Below, piece after piece: positions 7,128 through 13,863 of a DNA stretch of 27,151 nucleotides (the stretch's first letter is position 1; each line of letters starts with the position of its first letter). The translations under genes and the position numbers were made by a program. The notes under the pieces were generated by a model. That model saw only the letters and a program-made list of their open reading frames with translations. It was not told the DNA's origin and ran no database searches. The stretch comes from a virus (Duplodnaviria > Caudoviricetes), in the IMG/VR virus record IMGVR_UViG_3300020044_004536, positions 1-27,151 of that record; one strand, given 5' to 3'.

Positions 7128-8114
7128 TTAAAAAGGTAAATCGTTGTTAAATTCGTTTTTTGGTCCGTAAAAGTTGTTTAACTCAGGAACTAATTTACTC
7201 ACTTTTATTTCTCCTTTCGGTGCTGCGTATCTTTTTTGCAGGTCACTCGGTCCAATCATATCCAATTCGTAATAGGTGAGCGTGTTCACGTCAAAATGTA
7301 GCACTACATCGCCAATTTGACCAACCGAACGGGGCTTAATCTTATTCATTTTTATTTCAGCTACGTTGCTATTAATGTCGGGACGGTGTACTGTTATCAT
7401 ACACTTGCCACTATTAAACCACTCAGAGCCACCTTTCAAGTCGTAAGGTCCGGGGGCGTTCCTTTTTCCGTCTTTGTCTTTGTCCGTCAGCTTCGGGTGT
7501 ATAATAGTATGAAAATGTAGGTTGTTTTCTTCGGCAATGTGGTTTCTATACGGAAGACAAAATTCTAAATAAGTCGCATAACCCCCAAACTCATCATAAG
7601 GATGTGACATGTCCTTCCATGAATCTATTGAAGCCGTTTCAAGTCCTTCGCTTTTCTTCATTTCGGCTGCTAAATCCCAAAATTGCATTGGTGTTAACTT
7701 CGCTTTTACGTCCGTTCGTGTTAAGATTTTGAAGTGAAATAAAACCCATTCTAAATTTTGCTCAATTTCTTTGTCGGTGATCGTGTTCGGTTTCTTCGGG
7801 TCGAATGACTTGCTCGTCTTTTTGTGGAGTAAGTCTGCTACAATTTCTACATTATTTCCAACGTCAGGAAAATATACTAAATGTTTCCACGAATAAAACA
7901 TCGAAGCGTTAACAAGTAACTCCATCAATACCTGCGTTTTTCCGCTCATTGGGAAACCAGTCCAGTCGGTACAATTCCCCAACTGCATAGAGTAGTGTTT
8001 ATCTAAACTTTCAAACCCTAAATACTTACCACGATCATGGTATTTATCTCGGTAAGTTTTGAGTTGATTAAGTACATCGTTAGGTTCAGTAACCTTAAAG
8101 CCTTCTACTCCCAT
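7128..8114 (-). CDS. SF4 (DnaB/T7 gp4-like) replicative helicase, no primase domain
   Basis: Walker A GFPMSGKT, Walker B SIDSW, IIHPK, DLKGGSEWFN, VHR, KIK. Confidence 0.8.
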   Translation of the reverse strand: MGVEGFKVTEPNDVLNQLKTYRDKYHDRGKYLGFESLDKHYSMQLGNCTDWTGFPMSGKTQVLMELLVNASMFYSWKHLVYFPDVGNNVEIVADLLHKKTSKSFDPKKPNTITDKEIEQNLEWVLFHFKILTRTDVKAKLTPMQFWDLAAEMKKSEGLETASIDSWKDMSHPYDEFGGYATYLEFCLPYRNHIAEENNLHFHTIIHPKLTDKDKDGKRNAPGPYDLKGGSEWFNSGKCMITVHRPDINSNVAEIKMNKIKPRSVGQIGDVVLHFDVNTLTYYELDMIGPSDLQKRYAAPKGEIKVSKLVPELNNFYGPKNEFNNDLPF

Positions 8115-8821
8115 GCTGCCTTCACTTTATTTTGTTGCTTAATTTGTCCGAAAGTACTATTACTCTTTTGTCGTGTTTTTATCCAACTACGTACCGTTAA
8201 ATTAGCACTTGTGTATTTAGTATTTAAGTCTTTCGTGTTTTGCATCGACATAAATACATCAACTAAATCATGTTTATTAAATTCTAATAACAAATTAGTT
8301 GCTTGATCGTTGTTTATTGGTTGTTCGAGTTTTTGAACTTTAGGACAATTAATATTTAAATATTCAACGAGCGGATGTAATTCTATTTTGTTTATTGGTT
8401 CTTTTTCTTCTTCTTTTTCTTCTTCTTTTTCTTCTTCTTCTTGTGATACACTATCTATACTGTATATATACTCTATCAATACTCTATTTTTCACGTTGTG
8501 AAGTTCTGATTCTATGCACTTTACGACTTTAGGACTTGTTGAGTAGTTATATTTTGCCCAGTTCTTAACTGCTATTTCGTTTGTGCTATCCGAAAATTCA
8601 ATTTTACCGCATTTAGAAAAGTATAAAATGTACTTTGTAACCTTATCTAAAGACATTCCCAAATCAAAAGCAATGTGTCTTTTACTGATTTCATAAATAC
8701 CACATTGTCGAGTGCGTTCGTTAGTCAATAAATATAAATAGAATATCTTTTTTTCGTTGTCGAGTTCACTGAAAAAAGGGTCTGACCAAATTTGAGTGTG
8801 TATTTTTCTGAAAATTGCCAT
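8105..8821 (-). CDS. phage replication initiator / replisome organizer
   Basis: N-terminal RKIHTQIWSD...YLYLLTN...GIYEI winged-helix type domain, acidic EEEKE linker, position upstream of helicase, internal iterons. Confidence 0.8.
   Translation of the reverse strand: MAIFRKIHTQIWSDPFFSELDNEKKIFYLYLLTNERTRQCGIYEISKRHIAFDLGMSLDKVTKYILYFSKCGKIEFSDSTNEIAVKNWAKYNYSTSPKVVKCIESELHNVKNRVLIEYIYSIDSVSQEEEEKEEEKEEEKEPINKIELHPLVEYLNINCPKVQKLEQPINNDQATNLLLEFNKHDLVDVFMSMQNTKDLNTKYTSANLTVRSWIKTRQKSNSTFGQIKQQNKVKAAWE
8401..8488. repeat. putative replication origin: four tandem 11-bp iterons plus adjacent purine/pyrimidine tract
   Basis: GATACACTATC (8445), TATACTGTATA (8456), TATACTCTATC (8467), AATACTCTATT (8478); CTT/TTC-rich tract 8401-8442. 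Confidence 0.65.
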
Positions 8822-8823
8822 AA

Positions 8824-9348
8824 TTAAAATTTTTCATTAGTCAATTCGTATCCAGAATGCTCTTTAAAATTTAATCCATCAATGTTAATATCATAAGTAT
8901 AAAAATCAATGAAAGTTCTATCTTCTGAATCAATACAATAATCAACCATATAATCAGCAAACATATCCGATAAAAAAACCAAAGAAGAATCTAAATCAAT
9001 TTCACTACCTACTAAACGAATTCTGAAGTTAAAATAGCCCTTACTAAATTTAGTATTTCGTAATTCTAAAAATCTTTGAATTCCTTTTACATATCTTACT
9101 GCTTGAAAAAATGCAGATACGCTAATCTTATCTTTTTTCAATTCATAAACAGTGATCATACCTTTAGAATGACATTTTAAAAAACTATTATAATATGGTT
9201 TTTCAATAGTTACTAAATCAGCAATTCCATAATTACCAATTCTAACTTGTTTTAACAATTTGCCGTAAAGTGGCAGTCCTTTTTCTTGCAATTTACTTGC
9301 GTCAGTTTTGCAAATGATTTGTTCCAAATCCTTCTCTAAAAATTTCAT
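8824..9348 (-). CDS. NucS/EndoMS-like PD-(D/E)XK nuclease-fold protein (start probably MKFLEKDLE)
   Basis: EKDLEQII...GIADLV...YELKK...AFFQAVRY; the track's longer start at 9408 lies inside a structured leader. Confidence 0.55.
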   Translation of the reverse strand: MKFLEKDLEQIICKTDASKLQEKGLPLYGKLLKQVRIGNYGIADLVTIEKPYYNSFLKCHSKGMITVYELKKDKISVSAFFQAVRYVKGIQRFLELRNTKFSKGYFNFRIRLVGSEIDLDSSLVFLSDMFADYMVDYCIDSEDRTFIDFYTYDINIDGLNFKEHSGYELTNEKF

Positions 9349-9369
9349 ACATTCCGTATTAAGTAAAAT

Positions 9370-9465
9370 AAAAAAACCCTCACAACTCCTGACCATCCTA
9401 CCTGTCATTCATTGCAAGGGCTAATAACACCTTTAAAGTTCATATAATGTAGGATGTGAACTCGT
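9370..9465 (-). ncRNA. structured leader RNA: two hairpins with complementary loops, ending in a U-tract
   Basis: Hairpin 1 AGUUCA/UGAACU with loop CAUCCUAC; hairpin 2 AGCCCUUGCAA..UGAC/GUCA..UUGUGAGGGUU with loop AGGUAGGAUG; near-consensus promoter TATATTAG at 9469-9476. Confidence 0.6.
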
Positions 9466-9487
9466 CTACTAATATAAGTGACTTACT

Positions 9488-9928
9488 CTAAATTTGGTTT
9501 AATTTCTTCAATTTAGTTCTTAACATTCGTTCGATATTCCTTGCTGAAATGATAAAAGCGGTATTAAAGTCTGATGCGTTCGTGTTGTTTATTTCGATGC
9601 ATTTTAGGACTTCATTTAACTTTTCCGCAAGTAGTGGATGGTAACCATCTAAAGCAAGTACAATCATTTCTTGACTATATACAACCGTTGCATGGTCTTT
9701 ATTAAAGGTCTTACCTGCTTCGGTCAAAGATAACCCGGTCAATGTTGCCCACGCCATGCCTAACTGTCGCCATTGCATCCTGTCGCGTGACCTATTAACT
9801 ATCTTTAACTCTTCGTGTGAGTAGGGACAAACTAAAAAAAACTCGTGCATGGTATAAAATGACCGTTTCGGTAGTTTGCCTAAAATGTAGTTTAATCGTT
9901 TTCCGTATTCTTTGCCGTTCTGAGCCAT
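9488..9928 (-). CDS. DnaA C-terminal-like HTH protein
   Basis: RQLGM...LSLTEAGKTFNKDHATVVYS matches the DnaA domain IV 'IG..F..DH.TV' signature. Confidence 0.75.
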   Translation of the reverse strand: MAQNGKEYGKRLNYILGKLPKRSFYTMHEFFLVCPYSHEELKIVNRSRDRMQWRQLGMAWATLTGLSLTEAGKTFNKDHATVVYSQEMIVLALDGYHPLLAEKLNEVLKCIEINNTNASDFNTAFIISARNIERMLRTKLKKLNQI

Positions 9929-10146
9929 TGTCTAAATGCTATTTGTATGTTTACTTGTTGTTCGCTTGTTTCTGGTGATGCGTTCTTCATTACACGCTCG
10001 TCAAGTTTGCGAATTTGACTAATTAAATTTTGCGTTGCCATCTTCATTTCAGTACGAAACGCTTTATCTTCGTTTAGGTCTTCCAGGAAGTCGGCTAATA
10101 CCGGAAGTATGGCTATAGCCGAAATAAGTTTTAAATCGTTGTTCAT
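9892..10146 (-). CDS. hypothetical protein
   Basis: 84-aa ORF in operon. Confidence 0.65.
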   Translation of the reverse strand: MNNDLKLISAIAILPVLADFLEDLNEDKAFRTEMKMATQNLISQIRKLDERVMKNASPETSEQQVNIQIAFRQWLRTAKNTEND

Positions 10147-10289
10147 ATTTCTTCTACGCTAATAATTACACCTTCCCATAAATCCGCTTTTTTACGTGCA
10201 TCTTCTTTGCTTACTGCGGTCACTATTTTGTACATCTCAACCCAACATTTGTGAGCGTATCCTTTGTATATTACTTTAAATCGTTTCAT
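10143..10289 (-). CDS. hypothetical protein, 48 aa, paralog of 3639..3782 (not in ORF track)
   Basis: MKRFKVIYKGYAHKCWVEMYKIVTAVSKEDARKKADLWEGVIISVEEI*. Confidence 0.7.
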   Translation of the reverse strand: MKRFKVIYKGYAHKCWVEMYKIVTAVSKEDARKKADLWEGVIISVEEI

Positions 10290-10441
10290 GTTGTTGCTTT
10301 TTTAATTTCACTTATTCTATTTACTAAATCTGCGTTGTAATTCGTCCACCACTTTTTACGGTCTGCGTGGGTTACTCCTAATTGGCGTTTAAATTGTTCT
10401 TCTAACGTCTTTAAATCGTGTTTAATCTTGTTCGCTTTCAT
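10286..10441 (-). CDS. hypothetical protein, 51 aa (not in ORF track)
   Basis: MKANKIKHDLKTLEEQFKRQLGVTHADRKKWWTNYNADLVNRISEIKKATT*; ATGA-coupled. Confidence 0.6.
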   Translation of the reverse strand: MKANKIKHDLKTLEEQFKRQLGVTHADRKKWWTNYNADLVNRISEIKKATT

Positions 10442-10592
10442 TGTCTTCTACATAAATATATATTTCTCCTGAGCCTTCACACTCATTACATCGGAACATT
10501 CCCATTTTTGAATAATCCCCCTCGTTGGTTTGTGCTTCAACAACTCCTAAGCCGTTGCACTCTTCACACTCTATTAATTGCTTTTCGTACAT
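10422..10592 (-). CDS. DnaJ-type zinc-finger mini-protein, 56 aa (not in ORF track)
   Basis: Two CxxCxGxG motifs: CEECNGLG and CNECEGSG. Confidence 0.75.
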   Translation of the reverse strand: MYEKQLIECEECNGLGVVEAQTNEGDYSKMGMFRCNECEGSGEIYIYVEDNESEQD

Positions 10593-10593
10593 C

Positions 10594-10809
10594 TTAAATA
10601 TCGGTTACGTTAATGTTTGCTATTTCGATCATGGTTTCTTCAACGATATTTCGGGCTGTGTAGTATGCCGTACTTTCTACGTCCGTCTTTGCGACCTTTT
10701 GATTGTGGTTTAATTGTCTTAAAATTTCTTTGTAGCCCTCAATAAGTGCTTCAATTTTTTCTTGTTTTTGTTCGATAACGATTTGCTGTTTGCGTTCGTA
10801 AGTTGTCAT
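10594..10809 (-). CDS. hypothetical protein
   Basis: 71-aa ORF in early operon. Confidence 0.65.
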   Translation of the reverse strand: MTTYERKQQIVIEQKQEKIEALIEGYKEILRQLNHNQKVAKTDVESTAYYTARNIVEETMIEIANINVTDI

Positions 10810-10820
10810 GGTTTAAGTTA

Positions 10821-10937
10821 TTAAAGTGAATAAAAATAAAATACAATACCTAAGATTAACAGTCCGAAGAACATACCGCCTAAAGTGTTACGCTCGTCTG
10901 CATTGCGTGGTGTAAAATAGTTGATTAAGTTTTTCAT
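10821..10937 (-). CDS. small single-pass membrane protein, 38 aa (not in ORF track)
   Basis: MKNLINYFTPRNADERNTLGGMFFGLLILGIVFYFYSL*; A-rich leader; first gene after the early promoter. Confidence 0.6.
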   Translation of the reverse strand: MKNLINYFTPRNADERNTLGGMFFGLLILGIVFYFYSL

Positions 10938-10974
10938 TTCGTTTTGTTTTTTGTTTTGTGCCTTATTGACCTTA

Positions 10975-11004
10975 CAAATGTACTGCATTATTTTTAATTC
11001 GCAA
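10975..11004 (-). promoter_or_regulatory. main early promoter TTG-N19-TACATTTG
   Basis: Full -33/-7 Flavobacterium-type consensus with 19-nt spacer. Confidence 0.8.
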
Positions 11005-11132
11005 TAGTTCTCAACATTTTTTTGACATTTTTTTTTATCTTTTTTCTAAATATCAATGTTTATAAGGGTTTCAGGACGAAAAAAAATTTCACTTTGTCAC
11101 GTATTTAGATTAAATGTGTGACAATTGGACAT

Positions 11133-11158
11133 AAAAAAAGCGACCCGAAGACCGCCTT
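11133..11158 (-). terminator. intrinsic terminator with cUUCGg tetraloop
   Basis: Minus strand AAGGCGGTCTTCGGGTCGCTTTTTTT; closes the late/lysis transcription unit. Confidence 0.85.
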
Positions 11159-11195
11159 TCTTGTACCTAAAATGAAAAAAACAAAACTGTGTCTG

Positions 11196-11203
11196 CAAAT
11201 ATA
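11196..11203 (-). promoter_or_regulatory. -7 promoter box (TATATTTG) with no downstream ORF before the terminator
   Basis: TAnnTTTG about 40 nt upstream of the terminator hairpin. Confidence 0.55.
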
Positions 11204-11208
11204 GGTAT

Positions 11209-12189
11209 TTATCTTACTTTGCCGTTAATGATTCGCAAATTTTGAACTACAAAGTCGCCGTTTGGATCGGTTTCAACGTAGGCAAAGCCGTGATTCCAGC
11301 GATTTACGGGCATATAGTCGGGGCGAAGTCCACAAAGTGCTCCAATGGACCAACAAGTTACGACATTTCCGTTTAGATCGTTCTCGCTGTGTTCGCTTGT
11401 TTGGTGGTTATGTCCTGCCATACTTGAAACCTTTGCCCTCATATACAAACCTCTCGCGCTATTTACAGGTGAAAATATAGTGTGCATTTCGTGACCATGT
11501 AAAAGGCTTAATTTACCTATCTTAATAACTTGCTTAGATTTAATTTCCGTCACTCCAAGTTCACCAAAGCGAAGAACATTTTTTAACTCAAAATCTGCAA
11601 TACCTAACAACTCAGGTGCTACCGTCTTTAAGTAGTTTTCCCATCTATCTTCGTGGTTGCCTATCTTAAAGTAAATCGGACAGTCAAATTCTTCTTTCAA
11701 TTGGCGCAAAAAGTCGCGTGTCATTTCGATTTCTCCTGCAAGGTCACGAAGTCGCCTATCTTTTACAAACCTACTTGCTTGATACATGTCCATCGTGTCA
11801 CCATTTAAGATGATCGCATTTGGTTTTCTTTGGTAACCCCACTCAAGTGCAAGGCTCAAAGCGTCAACGTCATGATAAGGAAGGTGAATGTCACTAAGTA
11901 TTAATACTCGGTTGTTGCCCGTAGGTATTTGAAACGGCTCTTGTTCTTTGTAATCCGATTCGGGTAGTTTATTCCAACCTTGTGCGGCTTTTTTTTGTTC
12001 ATTTGTTCTCATAGGCGGTATTTTTTTGTTATGGTGTTCACCTCTATAATATCTTACACTTGAACGTGCGGCTTCATAGGTGGAAAAATCCAAAGGGTGA
12101 TTCGTGTTTAACATTTTCGCGATTAAGTTAGTAGGTGCGGAAGGGAACCGCTCTAAAAAATCAACCACTATATCTTTTTTGTAACTCAC
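11209..12189 (-). CDS. calcineurin-like metallophosphoesterase
   Basis: SDIH, GDTMD, GNHE, HGHE, GHNH motifs; start is GTG. Confidence 0.9.
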   Translation of the reverse strand: MSYKKDIVVDFLERFPSAPTNLIAKMLNTNHPLDFSTYEAARSSVRYYRGEHHNKKIPPMRTNEQKKAAQGWNKLPESDYKEQEPFQIPTGNNRVLILSDIHLPYHDVDALSLALEWGYQRKPNAIILNGDTMDMYQASRFVKDRRLRDLAGEIEMTRDFLRQLKEEFDCPIYFKIGNHEDRWENYLKTVAPELLGIADFELKNVLRFGELGVTEIKSKQVIKIGKLSLLHGHEMHTIFSPVNSARGLYMRAKVSSMAGHNHQTSEHSENDLNGNVVTCWSIGALCGLRPDYMPVNRWNHGFAYVETDPNGDFVVQNLRIINGKVR

Positions 12190-12755
12190 GGGCGGAAGGT
12201 ATCGTAATAATCTGACAATCTATTTAGCCAACCTTTTCGATATTTAGCGTTCTTCATTCCGGGTTTACTTATTGCAATAAAAAAGGCTTCACGAAGTCGG
12301 ATTAATTCGTCAAAAAGTATGCGTTCATTCAATTCGTTTGCAGCTGCTATTGTCTTCGGTCCAATTGCCCCGTCAATACTTACGTTTTTTCCTAAGTTGT
12401 TCAAGGCTTGTTGTAAGGTTTTAATAGCCTGGCGTTGACCTGACCCCCACGCCATACCCGTAACAATGACCCCAACGGAAAATGAGTTAAACTCATCTGC
12501 TCGAACGCTATCCCAATAACCCTTTTTAAATATCTTAAACCAATCTTCAGAGTTCATGTTTAAAAAACGCTCATCGTTATTCGTTCCGAAAGTACCTACC
12601 CAAGTTGAGTAACAAATTCCCATGTTTGTATGGTACATTTTACCCTTAAATAAGGTCGGGCAATACATCGCGCTGCATGAGTCGGACGGGTCTCCACTTA
12701 GACCGCCTTCCCATTTCTTAATAAATTTAATGTACGTGTTTATATCCATAGTCAA
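12186..12755 (-). CDS. endolysin, glycoside hydrolase family 108 with C-terminal peptidoglycan-binding region
   Basis: WEGG..DP.D...TNMGI, LQQALN...IDGAIGPKT, KYRKGWLNRL. Confidence 0.85.
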   Translation of the reverse strand: MTMDINTYIKFIKKWEGGLSGDPSDSCSAMYCPTLFKGKMYHTNMGICYSTWVGTFGTNNDERFLNMNSEDWFKIFKKGYWDSVRADEFNSFSVGVIVTGMAWGSGQRQAIKTLQQALNNLGKNVSIDGAIGPKTIAAANELNERILFDELIRLREAFFIAISKPGMKNAKYRKGWLNRLSDYYDTFRP

Positions 12756-12763
12756 TTTTTTGA

Positions 12764-13225
12764 CTAATGTAAGGCTTTTCTAAACAAAATATATAAAAAA
12801 ATAAGTGCGAGAATAAACCCCAAAATAATGAAAAGTTGTTTAAATTGGTTTAACGGTGACTTTCTTTGTGATACACGTTCGCGTTTAAGGTCATTTTTAG
12901 CCGTTTTAAGCGCACTTTGTAGGCTATCTTTATACATTTGTCTAATCGTGCGTAAAGAATCGTTAAAACGCTTGTATTCAAATCTTATTTCGTAGCGTGT
13001 TTTTGGTATGTAGGAAGTCTTGTAACGAATGATTGTGTCTTTTGACGTTATTATTTTTTCCCAGTACATCGTGTCCGTAGTTTTTACCAAGAAACTATCC
13101 ACTTGAACAACCCGAATCGTGTCCGTAACGGTGTCACATCGGTAACCTTTTTTCTCAGCACGTCTAATTAAGTTATGCACCGAGCATGACGCTAACAATA
13201 AAATCAAAAATAAATACCTCATCAA
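12764..13225 (-). CDS. putative unimolecular spanin (lipoprotein with C-terminal TM helix)
   Basis: Lipobox LLASC after a short signal; C-terminal LFIILGFILALIFLYILF; lies between holin and endolysin. Confidence 0.65.
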   Translation of the reverse strand: MMRYLFLILLLASCSVHNLIRRAEKKGYRCDTVTDTIRVVQVDSFLVKTTDTMYWEKIITSKDTIIRYKTSYIPKTRYEIRFEYKRFNDSLRTIRQMYKDSLQSALKTAKNDLKRERVSQRKSPLNQFKQLFIILGFILALIFLYILFRKALH

Positions 13226-13635
13226 AATGAATCTTTAATTGCTTTAGCTTTTTTAACAAATGACTTGAAACGGGCAATAAACCCTTTGTCATCTCCGTAT
13301 CTTACGCGTATCTTTTCGTCAATGCTAACAACCTCGATGGATGCCAGGAACAAACCGACCAATTTAGTTAAAGTATAATCCACCGAAAAGACGGTTTTAA
13401 CCATCTCGTTAACCATTGCATAATCAATAAGGAAAAAAAGCAATACCGCACTTTCGTAGGTGATCATTTTACCGATTAACCCTTTTCTTAATCTTCGACT
13501 GCTAAACTTTTCAGTAGTTAAACGGATAGCAACAACCGTATCGATAAATATTGCGAGTCCAATAACCAACAAAATAACCTGGATAGGTGCAAAGAACGAA
13601 TAAACAGCAACAAGCCCTGTAATTAAATACTTCAT
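13222..13635 (-). CDS. holin (phage_holin_4-like)
   Basis: Several TM segments; IDTV...FSSRRLRKGLIGKM...EVVSIDE pattern; in lysis cassette. Confidence 0.8.
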   Translation of the reverse strand: MKYLITGLVAVYSFFAPIQVILLVIGLAIFIDTVVAIRLTTEKFSSRRLRKGLIGKMITYESAVLLFFLIDYAMVNEMVKTVFSVDYTLTKLVGLFLASIEVVSIDEKIRVRYGDDKGFIARFKSFVKKAKAIKDSF

Positions 13636-13859
13636 ATTTCGTACTTAGTTAGTTCAACAAAAGTCCACGCTATTACTTCCTCAGTTGTGAATGTCGAAGT
13701 GTACGTAAACCCGTCTAAATTTACCCCATAGTCCTGTTCGGGTGTGGTCAAAAGAACGTCAACACGGACTGCCTTGTTTCGTAAATCGTCCGTAATATAA
13801 ACCACTTCAATTTTAGGGTCTGTTATTGTATGGACAAAGAAAGGAAATTGATATGTCAT
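13632..13859 (-). CDS. hypothetical protein, possible fibre-associated chaperone
   Basis: 75 aa directly downstream of the fibre gene. Confidence 0.55.
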   Translation of the reverse strand: MTYQFPFFVHTITDPKIEVVYITDDLRNKAVRVDVLLTTPEQDYGVNLDGFTYTSTFTTEEVIAWTFVELTKYEI

Positions 13860-13863
13860 AAGT

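Noticed and set aside
8401-8442. Microsatellite or contingency locus
   Set aside because: Encodes the in-frame EEEKE linker of the initiator; better treated as part of the putative origin
9349-9408. N-terminal extension MTGRMVRSCEGFF of ORF 8824..9408
   Set aside because: Runs through the hairpin and U-tract of the leader; ATG at 9348 is the more plausible start
11172-11204. Plus-strand micro-ORF MKKTKLCLQI
   Set aside because: 10 codons, no plus-strand promoter seen; the local promoter and terminator point to the minus strand
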